A stretch of 64,000 nucleotides of DNA from Dicyema japonicum (lineage: Eukaryota > Animalia > Dicyemida). Made by a program: the position numbers and the translations under genes. Every line of letters starts with the position of its first letter. Position 1 is the first letter of the stretch. Positions 12,043 through 25,369 of the stretch are shown here, piece after piece. Under the pieces are notes generated by a model. That model searched no databases. It was not told the DNA's origin and saw only the letters and a program-made list of their open reading frames with translations. The stretch is taken from NCBI GenBank assembly GCA_011109175.1, contig RDEW01000013.1:165476-229475 (forward strand), given 5' to 3'.

Positions 12043-14640
12043 CTCACTAAAGTAACAATATTAATAAACTAACTTCTCTCACAATTTCCTTAGAGGATCC
12101 TCAATAAACTTGTAATTCACATTGAGAGCTAAAATTAAAATTTGCAGACACGTATAAGCGTTACCCCCACATGACACAAGATGCATTGAGTTGGTGACCA
12201 AGTCATGGTGCAATGCAATATCGCTTAGTATAATTAGTGTATTCATCTCCTCAATATGGATTTAACCTCTCTTTCCCCCTTTTGGAGATACCGGACATAC
12301 GGATTTTCAAATACAAGGAACCATCGAATGCCTGGTTCGAGGACCTTGGATGCATATGTCTTGGGGGATTATTAGTTGGTTGTTATTCTCGAACGTTCTT
12401 AATACCAGTCATCGAAAATCAAGACATTGATTGCTGTTGGAACCTAATTGTTTGACTACCATTGCTACTTCATACTTTGTGAGAATTTGGTGGGAGTCAT
12501 TGTGGCCAACAGAAATCGAAACTGGCACTGCAGCGCCTAATCAAAGAAAAACCCAATTTTATAAGGGCTCATTTGAATTTTTCCACGGGAATCACTTCTT
12601 GCATGTCAATCTTTATTCTAAACAGGTTTTTGCTTTTCATTTTAAATCCAGTGGGTGCTGTTAACCAAGTCCATCCAGAACCAGCATAAAAGATAGAAGA
12701 CGTCCATTCCTTGCAATTGTGGGTATTCCTACAGTGTAGTAAAAGAGGATAAAATGATCCTTTTGTGTGAAAACAATAACACTAGCGGAGACAGATTGAT
12801 CGCACGACGCCACTTTATTAAAAAGGAAGGATGAGGAAAACAACCAGAAATCTTCAATCAAGTAGCCAAATGGCACTACGATAACGTTGGTCCCACATGA
12901 CCACTAAACAACAGTGGAGATAGAATCCATTTATGACATTTAGAAATATTCATTTTTATACAAAACAGAAATAAAATAATTAACAAATTTTTATTTTAAT
13001 TAATTTTCCTAAATTAACACATTCAAATTTGAACATCAACTACAACTTAAATAAACACCTTTATTAATAAATAAACACTGTCGGATCTCTGGGATTGTCC
13101 GCTTTTGGGTGTAACGTTTTTGTTAGCCACCAGTTTCTTTCACTCGAAGGGACCGGGGGTAAATGAATGAAAAAATAAATTTGAACATAAATTCAATGCA
13201 AACTCATCTATGTTTGTCTAAACTCATGAAAATCACTAGTCTACGGTTGTAGTTCAGTTAACACATTAAATCACATTGACTGCAGTTTAAGACAAAATTT
13301 ATTGTTTATGCGAATTTATCATTAACATAATTCCCACTTCATTAAATATGAAACCAAACCATCAACGCAAATCCACACCAAATTAAGAGAAGGAAATACC
13401 AGGGACTGAATGTCTGATTTTTCCACCGATTTATGGAATTCAACATAATGAACCAAAATGACTCAATATGTCATCCAAAGCATCTTGGGTCATGTGGGGA
13501 TAACTCTTATGCAAATATTAATAATATAAGTTATATTTCCAAACGTGAGGCATCAGAAACAATCTTCACCCTGTTGCAGGTGATGCTTTTCAAGACATCT
13601 AAATCGTCCCCGTTTTCAGTTGTCACTTCAGATCGTAAAGCAAAGTGGCAAGGTTACGTGTCGATGTATTTCTTACCATCCGTGACGAAATATTCTCCCA
13701 TAGCATGTTGGCAAGACTGCGTTTCCATAATTTATGCTAAAAAACTAATTAAGTGATCCCGCTTTCAACAATTCCTGAACTCTCATAACGTGATCTTCAA
13801 ATTTCCCATTTGAAGATCCATACATAAATAAAACACATAAATTCGAAAGATAATCAGTAGAGGTCAGCGAAAGGATATCAAAACTAAAGAAACCATGCAA
13901 ACATCACAAACGTTGGGAAGTCACTATATTATGGAAATCGATAAGGAGGCTTAAAAAGTGCTATCCACAGATAAAAGCAAAGTCCAAATCCCAATGACCT
14001 TATGAAGTACTACGTGAACATCATCCACATTAATCAGTATTAGCTCACTTTGGGTTTTAAGTCATACAAAGTCTAATGGCTGATTCAATTTTGGATTTAT
14101 TATATCGACAAATTTTCATCGAATGATAAAGCCATCAGATATGAATGTAGTATCATCCATATCCTTAGGTTAACTGTATAAAGAAACTTCAATTATGCCG
14201 AGAAACCAAAATCAAGTAATAATGTGACATAAATAGTTACCCATAATGCAAATACGTCCACAAAAACTTACCATAGTCTAGCTGCTGTTCACTCAAACAT
14301 TATAGTTCCATGAACGAGTTCAGATCTTTCTCTTGTCCAAAAGACTTTCGCGGGAGGTAATGAATAACTTTAACATTACTCTCACGAAAAATCAGTCAGT
14401 GCCTATTTATTGTTAATATAAGAGAAATATTGATAATTTATGACCACAGTTATTTCTAAAATAAATGCATGAATACGGTTTATAAACCGAGTATTGGTAG
14501 AAAATTAACATTGATAATATTCAGTAAGCGAAAAAACGATTAGATGTTATCCTTTTTTTACTTTTATAGAGCGGATATCACATGATTTATAATTTGGTTT
14601 TTAAAGATTTTTTTAAATTTCTACTAAAATTAAACAAAAA

Positions 14641-14713
14641 CGACCACGGTGGGACTCGAACCCACAATCGTCTGGTTCGAAGCCAGACGCCTTATCCATT
14701 AGGCCACGCGGCC
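14641..14713 (-). tRNA. trnR-UCG: tRNA-Arg (anticodon UCG)
   Basis: GGCCGCGTGGCCTAATGGATAAGGCGTCTGGCTTCGAACCAGACGATTGTGGGTTCGAGTCCCACCGTGGTCG folds as a cloverleaf. TTTTT Pol III terminator follows immediately (14636-14640). Confidence 0.97.
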
Positions 14714-15399
14714 ATCATCCCTGTCTAAGCAAGGACTGCATGAAAAAATGAATATGAAAACGGCCACCACCCAAACTTGCACCCATTTATGGATGGGATT
14801 ATCTCATTCTCTACTTACTGGAATGCAAAAACAGTCGTGATACATGTCAGTGACTAACAGGAATTTTTCTAATTGACACATGGTCGAATATTGCAGTTCA
14901 AAATATTTCCACCTGTGCTACAACAATTCCACTTAGAAGATACGCCTTCGAAAATCTAATATCGACGTACTCATGAATACTCCAAATAACGTTGTTAGAA
15001 CCCTCCTATCAAACCAACGTCAATGCGATCAATAAATCAAGAAGATATCAAAGAGAAAGAGCACTTTTTAGAATTTTGATGGTTCCCTCAATACTGCACC
15101 AAGATAAACAAACATAATCTTCAATATACTTACCCTAGAAGGCAAACTCTATCAGACTGATCCGACGGTTTCAAAATAGCCTATAATGACACGACGATTC
15201 TTTGTCCTTTGTGACAAAGACGACTTGATGAGATTACTATCTTCCCTTTTGAAGCTGTGAAACCTCTTGTAGGAACGTCACCTGCACGACACATTCGCTA
15301 CTAGCAACCTACTTTAGATTCCTACTTTAGGCGAATGTTAGGCTGGAACGCGTCAGGATCAATTAATTAGTTATTTTGATTCTACCCTTTGTCTTTTGG

Positions 15400-15830
15400 A
15401 CAATTTTATTATGATGACGTCATTAGATTCACATTACTCAAGAGACGCCCGCCTGGCAGACATTCAAAAGGATCCATCTATTTATTCAACTGGGAGAAAA
15501 TTTCGCAAAACGTTGATCGCTGAAATGCAATCTAACGACAAGATTAATGGGATCTCAGGTGTTGTAGACTCTGCCAAGCGAAGATTCGGGAAAATCCCCA
15601 GCGGAGGGTGGGGCCTTATTGCCCGTTATACACTCAGTTATGATGCTCGTTTATACACTCAGAAGAATATTTTCGACACTACAAAACTTTTGAATGGAAG
15701 GTCACATAAAAAGCCACATGTGAATCAAAACAACCGGGATACATCAACCAAACAATTGGCTCAGAAAACAGTTGAATAATCGAGAAACTTAAATCAGTTC
15801 CACGATATGCAAGAAAACCTACCCAGAAGA
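15400..15830 (+). mobile_element. Possible decayed Tc1/mariner transposase fragment
   Basis: AKRRFG..GGWG and NQNN resemble the KRRFGGG.VWG and QQDN motifs; weak similarity. Confidence 0.3.
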
Positions 15831-15839
15831 CTCCATATT

Positions 15840-18060
15840 AGTTAGCTAAAGCACATTCGTGTTACCAGTAAATACTGTTTATGGTTTCGCTTGTGCCATT
15901 GTTTTTCGATTATCCTTTCCGCTAGTCTTCTCCATACTTTTCGCTGAGGTGCTCTTTTCCTGATTTCGTCCAGATCGTCCGCATCTATCAGCTGGCCCTT
16001 GATCATTGCGTAATCCTCCGCGAGTGTCCTTGGAAGACAACTTCTTGGATGTCCTCTGAATACAGGAGATATAGTATGGCCGAAAAATTCTTCCATGGCG
16101 GCATTGCATGGTGTCTGTTCATCCATCCATAGAAAGACGCCAGCGTGCTTCACTGGACGTACAAATCCATTATATACGCGTAATCGCATCTTAGTAGGAA
16201 ATTGAATCTTTCTCATCAGAATGGATTGTAATGTTTTGAGTGCTATTGTGGCCAATATCTTTCGTCGTGAATCGCCAAGTAGCGATCCGAGTTTTCGGGT
16301 GTTCCTCCATTTCTCCTCAATGCGGTTGGCGTTTTTTCAATAGTGGTTATTTCAGTTTTGTCTTCATTGATTTTGAGGGACCATTTACTCAAAGTTGTTT
16401 TCGCTTTCTCCGTAATAACTTTTATAAATTCCCGATCTTCAGCGACGAAATCGATGTCATCCGCGTAAATGAGTTCCATGAAGTGGCTGTCTAGAGATCC
16501 AATTTGTTTTCTTAGATCTCTCAGTACAGCCTCCAAGATGATAAATAATAAGGGAGATAGAGTGTCCCCTTGTGGGGTTCCAATATTGGTAGAAAAAGGT
16601 CTAGACTCCTTAGAACCAACTCTGACAAGAATTTCAGTTTCTGATAATAGCATATGTATCATGCGCAGACTGTCTTTGTCGACAACGTCTTTCAACACAG
16701 TTAGTAGGTTACTCCTGTTGATGCTGTCAAAAGCCTTGATCATGTCGATCCCAGGATATGAAAGGATCGTTTGTACTTCTGACATATTGCAGTGACCCAG
16801 CGATGGCTCCAGTGACATCAGCCGTGGATCTTCTGAAACCACTTTGACCGCAAGAGATATCGATCAACATTGAAATACGGCCTCGAACAATAGTCGATAG
16901 AGTTTTAGAGTGATGACATCACAATAGGTGTCAAGCTTTCGAAGGGTCCCCTTTGCCCGGTTTATAAACAGGTATTAATATTCCGGTCCCGATTGGAAAC
17001 GGGCAGTGTAATGCAAAAGCCTTGTTCAGTATTTGTGCGAAAAACCTTCCCAGACTATCGGGAGCATATTTGAGTAATTCCTCTGGGACTCCATCACATC
17101 CTGCAGCTCTGTTGTTGTTCATATGGTGGAATGCTTCTAGGACCTCCGAATGTGTTATTTCGTTTGACAAGCTCCGCGATGCTTAATAAATGTGGGTGCA
17201 TAGGTATCATCTGTTTGGAATTGTTTCTGAAAGTGGTCAGCGATTCGTGAGGCTTTGTCCCCATCATCCAAATTAGGTGTTCCGATTCATCCCATTTGGA
17301 ATTTCCGGAACCCCGGTTAAGCAACCGCACAGCCATGAACATTTGACTTTGAGGTGAGAGCTTTTCAATTTCGGTAACCTTCTCGTCTAAGTATTTCGTC
17401 CATAATAGACGTGCCCAGATTCATGAAGGATTCTGTTTCGTTGATTCCTTAGTTCTCTTATTTCATGAAGGATTCTGTTTCGTTGATTCCTTAGTTCTCT
17501 TTTGGTATTCAGACAGCAATTTTCAATGTTTCTTTGGCGCTCTGACATTTCTCTCAGTTTTGAATCATAATGTGAGTCGTTGTTATTCGAGCGAATGCTT
17601 CTGTAGCCGATAGTATCCGTCGCGGCTTGTTTAACGGCCTCCACCAACTTTTCCAGGAGAATGTCTTGCCTTTCTTCCATATTTAGTTGTAATGTGCGTT
17701 GCTCGATGTTGTCTTGAAATTTTCTCTGTTTCACGGTGTTGTTTATCAGTTCTGTAGCTAATCTTCGATGTTTAATATTACCTAGATCGTACTGAGCAAT
17801 GTTACCAAATAGTTTCCGTATGCATATCCGAGCCACCGTTATCCTATGATCACAATTTGTTACAGCTCCTCCATATGAGCGTGATTCCACGAGCAAGTTT
17901 TTATTTGATCGTATATTGTAATCTCTCGGCCTTTTCTGTGGCCAGTTTATGTCGTCTTATGCCTGGCTGGATGTTGAAATGTCGTATTGCAAAGTAAAAG
18001 ACAAATTCCAGGCAGAACCCAATTAGAGACTCTCCGGAAGAGTTTCGATACCCAGTCAAT
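15840..18060 (-). mobile_element. RTE-like LINE copy A (APE-RT, frameshifted)
   Basis: KAFDSINR, GTPQGDTLSPLLF, YADDIDF, APE SDH-like NCDHR. Internal 39-bp tandem duplication at about 17422-17500. Confidence 0.9.
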
Positions 18061-18087
18061 GATTGCTTCACATACTACCCATCAGTG

Positions 18088-19800
18088 GATTGCTTCACAA
18101 TCCACGACACCCTCTTCCGTGCAGTCAAGATCCTCTCCACTTCCAAGATGCCGTCCCATTTCTTAGAGGTCCTGGTCGAGAACGACTGACAGTGTTGTCC
18201 TTGGGCGACCACCGAAACGGGGGGCTTCCAACATGAAGTAATCCGGGGGCATCTAGGTCCAGTCGCAGAATATGGCCGAAAAGCCTCCATCGTGTATCCA
18301 GAATTTCATTTGAAATTTCAGAGGTCCTCGTCCTTTTATAGAGAAGATTAGATGACATCCTCGTATCGCATCTTTCGAACATCATATGCCGTAGTTGGTC
18401 TCTATGAAACGCATTAAATTTCTTCAGTTCATTTCTTGAGCAGATCCAGGTACCAGCGTTATACAGTAGTATGGGTTTCACTAGCGAGTTGTATAATCGA
18501 GTTTTTGTTATAAAGTCAAGGCCTTTTTTGTGGAACCAGATGTTCTTCAGTCTGGAGAGGGCGGTTTGTGCTAAAGTTTTCCTTCTTGTAATGTCTTCAT
18601 GGTCTTCAAGGAGGGAGCCAAGCATTTTGCACTTGCGCCAGTCCTTGTTTCTTCTTTTTGAGTTCAGTTACATCAGTCTTGTCCGGGTTTAGTGTTAGGA
18701 GCCATTCAGCTAGTCTTCATTTCTTCCAACAAGCGAGTGAGCTATATTTTGTCATTTAAAGTAAAGTCTACGACGTCAGCATACGCAATAATGTTTGTCT
18801 TTTCACCCATTATCGGTTTTGATTCCCGTAGAGCAGCTTCAAGGTATAGGACAAAAAAATAGGTGATAATGGGTCTCCTTGTGGAGTGCCAACAGTCGTC
18901 TCAAATCGGCGACACAAGGCTCCCCCGACTTTTACAGTGAGCCAATTATCAGCTAGGAGGGTGGTGGATTCTGACAGTGGAAGCGTCTAGGAAACTTTCC
19001 AAAACCAGTATTAGCCTCCGTCTGTCAACAGAGTCGAAGGCCCTCGAAATGTCGATTCCGAGTATGGGTTGTAGAGATTTTAAACTTTTGAACGGCCACA
19101 GATCTCCACTTGTGGGACCACAAGACATCGGAAGTAGATCTTCCTTTTCGAAATCCGCTGTGGTATAGAGACAGAAAAGTATCTAGGCGTCCTTCCATCC
19201 TTTGTAATGTTATGTTCTCCAGAATTTTCCGAAGTGAATTCATTAATATGACAGGACGGAAATTCTCCACCTTAGATCTTGGTTTATTCGCCTTCTGTAC
19301 AGGTATCAAGATACCTCTCCAGAGTCAGCGTGTGACTATAATATTACATTTCATTCAGGATCCTAGCGATGCATTCATACAGCTTTTGGGTTCCATATTT
19401 GAAGAATTCTCCACCGAGTCCGTCGGCCAGGAGTCATGTTGTTTTTCAACTTGGAACTCGCAAGTTCAACTTTATATGGTGTGATTTCCTCGTCCAATTT
19501 TCCTCGTTCTAGGATGACACCGTTAAAAATTGATGTCCCAGTACCTGGTATAGCCCTTCTTTCCAGTATAAAGATATCGATTCGAAACCCGGGAGGACCT
19601 TATTCTCATCTGACTTCACCTTCGTTTCGTTGACAATTATTATATCAGCTTCCTCGGCATTCGCCAGGGAAGCTACCTCCTCAGGATTAATCGGGCATTC
19701 ACGAGCATGATCCTTATGTTTTGGATCACTGGTCTTGGTGGCCTGATCTCTTCAGAACCAGAGCCACCACCTGGAGTAAATCCAAGTAAAATATTGAGAA
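18088..19800 (-). mobile_element. RTE-like LINE copy B (RT and C-terminus)
   Basis: NFRPVILMNSLRKILE, GFRKGRST, LLYNAGTW, RWRLFGHILR. Confidence 0.88.
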
Positions 19801-19989
19801 GATTGTCAAATCTAAAGAAAATCATGCCCTAGTCAATAAGTTTACTGGTAATTTGTCAAAAGATAAAGGAACAAAACGCTTGATGTTTTATGCTCTTCTG
19901 GGTGCAAGAAATTACTAAAGGGAGAGTTGGGGAGAATCTCTTCTCTAATTGAGGACAAAATTAAGATCACGGAAAAAAAAGATCTAAAT

Positions 19990-21990
19990 CTATGAAAATC
20001 TTTTAGACGAGATAATTTTTGTTTTGAGTTCAACAGGGGAGATTTTATCGAAGGCTCAATGATGAGGGCAAAAACAATGACTGTAGAGTTTTCAGAAGAT
20101 GAGTGCCTGTCTTTTTGGAAGAATGTGTGGAAGAAGGATGCGAATTATGTCAACAGAAATAGTTATTGGTAAGCGATAACTGGAGGAGGTACCAGTTTTT
20201 ATAAAATTGAGTTCGTTAAAAATATTATTCACCACACGTCAAATTGGAAGACCTCTGGCTACATTTGTGTATATGAAGTTTTTATCAAGAATTTTTGTCT
20301 CTTCATCTGTGTAGTAACTCATCAAGATAGTGAGTGGTGAGTATTGTCTAGAAGAATGCTTTTACACAGGGGTTATCTACCTCATATCGAAAAAGAAGAC
20401 GGTTTCTCACCAAATGACTGCATGCCTTTACTGTACAAACTTGTCACAAATGTGTTAATGCAACACTTACAGAATATATTGAAGCTTTCAATCTTATTTC
20501 GGATTATCAGCTGGGAGCCTGAAGGACATTCCAAGGTGCAAAAGAACAGGCTCTGATAAATCAGTGTGATAATATGGAAATAGTTTATTTGCAACATGTG
20601 AAGAAGGCGTTTGATTTCGTCAACTATGAATTTTTGTGTCGGGAACTCGATGGCTCTGGAATCCAGGATTGTGAGGTTTATCAAAAATCTAATAGACAAG
20701 TGGAGTTTTATTTTGAATCTCACAAAAAGAATTAGACCAGTCAAACAGAAAAGAGGAATCTTACAAGGAGACTCACTTTCTCCCAACCTTTTACTTTGGT
20801 AAAGGATCCATCAATCAGAATGCTAAACATAAAATTTCCATACATATCAAAGTGATCATTCTACATACGCAACTATTCACTTACTGAAAATAATTTCCGA
20901 AAATGAGGAAACTAAATATGCAGGACATTGATGAATATTTTTCTGTTGGCCTTAACTTAAAATTTGGGCAATAAGAAATTAAATACAGTAAATTTGCTTA
21001 AAAGTATAAATGAATATGCACTCTCTCTATAATTATTACATTGGGCTGATTGACATTGAACCTCGTCATATCCTAACTAACTTGCGATTTCACTTAAAAC
21101 TCGCAAAGACTATATCTCAGCAGAAATTATTTTAAAAGAGGGCATACCTCAATTTCAGATAAATTGAATGCATGTTATTTCAATTTTTGTCCGACCTTTA
21201 AAGGAAAGTCTCCGTGTACTTCAGAGAGGCAGGAATCTTGCGGATCTTGAAGGAAAAAAACACATTTGGTCAGGAATTATTGCGCGATATCACAAGGAAT
21301 GTCAAAAGAATAATTACACGGAGAAAATTGAACTGAAATTGCTTCATTCACCTCTGTGTTTGAAAATACAAATGCCGATGGATCAACAGAATGGCTAACT
21401 GGGGGAAACAATATCACGTGATCGGAAGCAATGTACTGCATGATCCAAGATCGGAATCTTTTCTTTGAAGAGATGAAATCAAATATGACCAAAAAGAGCG
21501 TGGATCATCTGGTTACACGATGTAGCAGTATATGCGGCGACATAACTAAGTTGTATACACCTACAACGTCAAAGGAATAAAAAGAATAAGGTCACATCCA
21601 ATCGATTGTGTCAAACAGTACAGTTGAAATACGAGTCGACACAACACTACAAACAGACATAAATGTTAATTGTAACAAACCGGATATCTTCGTTCATGGT
21701 AAATTAATAATGATTAATACTTATAGAAGTGGGGATCACATCCCAAGAATTATTAAAACACGTTGAAGTAGTGAAGCTCCACAAATACGATCTTGTTGAA
21801 GGAGAAGTCGCGCAAATCCACAGGTTCAAGGTTAAGATGACCTAAGATGGAGTAGCAACAAAGCACTACAAGTCCTATGTAGCATGACTATACGTGGACT
21901 TAGCGACAAAGGCAGGAATGGGATTGTTTCCGTGGAATACTTCAAGTCCTAGTAATCCCTTTAATTAGTGGAGAGCCAAAATTGGTAGAT
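19990..21990 (+). mobile_element. R4/Dong-like RLE non-LTR retrotransposon remnant
   Basis: FWKNVW, KKAFD, RGILQGDSLSP, DHLVTRC and IEVGITSQ..KYD RLE motifs across frames. Confidence 0.75.
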
Positions 21991-21997
21991 TCTAGCG

Positions 21998-22154
21998 CAG
22001 TGGTTCTTAACCTTTTTTAAGTCAGCGCCCCCTTTTGATACAATTTTGAAGCTTCGGAATTTCAGCGCCCCCTTTTGATACAATTTTGAAGCGTCGGAAT
22101 TCCAGCGCCCCCTTTTGATACAATTTTGAAGCTTCGGAATTTCAGCGCCCCCTT
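21998..22154 (+). repeat. hAT-like terminus (CAGTGGTTCTTAACC) followed by a 40-bp tandem repeat x3.3
   Basis: Unit CAGCGCCCCCTTTTGATACAATTTTGAAGCTTCGGAATTT starts at 22023, 22063, 22103 and (partial) 22143. A similar terminus lies at 25186. Confidence 0.75.
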
Positions 22155-22829
22155 AAGATTTAATTTTTCCAATTGAGGATTTATTTGGTCATTTTTTCAA
22201 ATTTTATGTGGAAACTGTTTTTGCATCATTAGAGTTCAATGTTGACTGCTCAATTTTAATATAAAATGTCACAGTCTGATAAATCGTCACTGTCACAGAT
22301 TGAATTAAAAAATATTAAAAATATTTAAAAACCATTAGAATTTACAAATTGTATTAACTGATAAATAAATATATATAAAATTAATTAATTCTGTTATTTC
22401 AAGAATGCTAGACGCATGACAAATGCGTCTGGTGTAAATTTCAAGAGAAACCTTGGAAAAAATAAAAAAATAAAGGAAATGAAGGAGGAGTTAAACATCT
22501 TAAGACGGGAAAGAGATCATTTAACGAAAATAGCTATAAATTTTATTTTTGACAAAGAAGTAACTTACTATAGGAGAAAAGCTACAATTTGTAATGCTTT
22601 TGTGTTGAAGATATTGAGTTGAAACTCAAATCCATAGAAGTAATTAAATTTTTTAGATTAATTTTAAGCTGAGCACAATTAAATCATTTTGCTAGAGATT
22701 GTATTTTCTATAAATTAAAAACTAAAAAAAACTAAACTATGTGGTGCAACGAAGTCTGAAATCGCTGGGATAATAGCAAAGTGTGTTTTTTTGTTAATCA
22801 AAACGTCTCTTGTCAACAATTATTCCCAT

Positions 22830-23080
22830 AATCGCGATGGGTCCTAGAGATCGCTAAATTGCCGAAGAGAATCCACTGTAGTCATTTTAGAATGGCCAAA
22901 GAGAGTGTGGATCACCTGGCTACACGATGTACCAGGATGCCTAGCGTGCGTATATGCGGCGACACAACGAAGTTGTAAGATGCATCCCATTGTGGTCGAG
23001 AATTTTTTAAGATGTGTGTTTTTAATTGTATCACTTTTTATGATTACTAACATTACCTGGGATAGGGTTTAGAGTTAGCG
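22830..23080 (-). mobile_element. R4/Dong-like fragment
   Basis: Homologous to the 21480-21650 region (..RH..V..IH..). Confidence 0.55.
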
Positions 23081-23209
23081 TTTTAGCTTGACAAATTGTA
23101 ACTTTAAATTTTTATTTTAAAAAATTAAAAAAATGAATAAATTTTAGAGCTAATTAGATGGCTAACCATTTTTACGTAATTTTATAATAAAATCTTAAAT
23201 TTATAATAA

Positions 23210-23400
23210 AATCGAATTATCTACAATCATACAGAAATTTTGAGCCGATGCCATGTCCAATGAGAAGAGCTGTTCAGGATTCTCGACCCCGCCGGACTCG
23301 TCCTCACCTTTGTCGGTCTGGGATCACTTAGTTAGATGAGAACTTTTATTTCTTTCTCTTTGACCCAGTGATCCTGGGGGTAATAATAATAATAAAATAT
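23210..23400 (+). mobile_element. 3' UTR plus (TAA)n tail of the jockey-like LINE
   Basis: Near-identical to 8129-8330 on the opposite strand. Confidence 0.9.
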
Positions 23401-23599
23401 TAAATCGATACGTAGTTGATTAGAATTTGGTGTCATTTTGGTTTTCTAGTAATTCCTACAATCACAACTAAGAGTATAAAACTTATAAAATTTTAATAAT
23501 TAATAAATATTTGATACAAATAATTCCAAAAATGTGATTTTTATTGAAAATTATGAATCTCGCATCTATGGACTGTGACATAAAATATTACAAATAGAA

Positions 23600-24245
23600 G
23601 TAACAATTAATTACTTTTTTTCTTAGGGTTATAACACGTTTTAGTTACTATCTTTCTTACGATGGGCCGATTTCCTTCAGGGAAAGAGGCTGTGATACTT
23701 CCCGCAGCACCAGACGTTTCGATTGCCGTTTCGATTGCCACCAGACGTTTCGGTACACAACGAAAGCAATCTCCAATTTCACCATATTTTTTAATCTTGA
23801 TTTTCTCGGCTAGATCGGCTGCCGAACCAACAGACAGCGCCGAGTTGAGCATCATCTAGTTCGGGAAAGAATCCACAACAGTGCAGTCCCTTACGATTGA
23901 TTTTCCCTCAATGAACGGAAAGATTGTTAGCCCATTCGGTCTTTTCCCGTCTCCGTGGTCCAATCCCACGGCTCCAACACTGCGTCTAGACGCATGAGCA
24001 CGAATGACAATGTTGTTCATAGCAGCGTGCGGGGTTCTACCCGCACTCCTCTTGCACGAAAGCGGATGCAGCCATTTGGCATCGACGATTCCTTTAAATC
24101 GACATGCTTTCCATCGCAGTTGGGATTTGCAAACGAGCCGGGCTTTCTTTTGCTCAAAAAGTGGTTATTGGAGGATCGGGGATCATCGGGACGTTATGCA
24201 CGATGGTTGCAAAAGCCTCCGGGTGTTCGCTGGTTTGTGTAGTAG
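23600..24245 (-). mobile_element. CRE-clade RLE fragment
   Basis: LHPLSCKRSAGR, KRPNGLTIFPFIEGK, AEKIKIKKY, ETSG. Confidence 0.8.
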
Positions 24246-24249
24246 GTAA

Positions 24250-24745
24250 TTGCCCAAAAATACATTTTTAGACATTTGCAAAAAGCGGGTTGACTCTGCT
24301 AAGCAACACGGGGCGGATTGTGGGGTCGTCATTAACAAGGGGGATACTCCAGAACAAGCAGGAAGAGAGATCATTGAACAGTTGGGAGGAAAAGCCAACG
24401 TTTCCATAGACTGTTGTGGGTTTACTTCAAACATTGAGAGTTTGATGAATGTAGTGGATGTATTAATACAGGCAACTGTTGACGGAGGAGTCCTGGTGTT
24501 GTCTGGAATCAATAACGGAATTATAAATGCCACACGTTGTAGTCAAAAATCTGGATGTTAGAGGATTCTATAAGACCTACAATTGGTCTCTAGATGTCTT
24601 TAAAAATAGTTACCCCGATTCCATAGAATTAATAAAGAGTAGGAAGGTCGACGTGGCTAGTCTAATAACAAACAGATATTACATTGATGACAAGCATTTG
24701 ACAATATGCTCAATGAGTAGGCATGAAAAACATTATTTATTTTAA
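24250..24745 (+). pseudogene. SORD: Sorbitol dehydrogenase (MDR family), C-terminal half only
   Basis: AKQHGAD, LGGKANVSIDCCG, GGVLVLSG, LDVRG, IELIKSRKVDVASLITNRY. The 5' half is replaced by a CRE fragment; a 21-nt intron is retained. Confidence 0.65.
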
Positions 24746-25369
24746 TCCTAATTGTCACTAACATCCATATTTGTGAAACTAGGGTAAACATTTATTAACT
24801 TAAAAGGTTAACTTCATTAACCTATAAACTTTTTAACCTTAAAATTAAGTAAGTTATAAAGAAAAAGCACTGTAAATTATGTGATGGGGGAAGTAATATA
24901 AAACGGTATGGCATGCCAAACCGACTTCTACCCGACAGTCTCCCCAAAAATCCGTAAACACAGGGTCATCTCTGAAGATATTGCCAGGTACTTTAGTGCG
25001 ATTTTTGAAACCTCGAATAAGATTTTCGATAGTTCCGCCAACCTTGCACATTTTTCCTTCCAACCATAGAGGAATTGGCATACGAGGACTAATTTCGTAA
25101 GCAAGCTTTAGAGCAAAATTTCGCGTTTTTTCAAATTTCTTGAGGATAGAGTCTCTCTTGTTCGAATCGTACTATCTTTCTAAACCAGTGTTTCTTAACG
25201 GGGCCGCTGGAATTTTAATTTTTAATTATTATAAATATTTGATTAAGTTTTTATAAATCATTTATCACGTGCTTTTCTAATTAATTCTACAAAAATGCGA
25301 TATAAACTAAAAAAACTTGACTTTTTTTCTGCTTGACCTTTTTTCCACTTGACTTTTTTCGGGTTGATG

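Noticed and set aside
13433-13756. 107-aa plus-strand ORF as a gene
   Set aside because: No recognisable motif; the opposite strand looks more like spliced coding sequence.
22023-22154. 40-bp repeats as a CRISPR array
   Set aside because: The units are contiguous with no unique spacers, the context is eukaryotic, and no cas genes are present.
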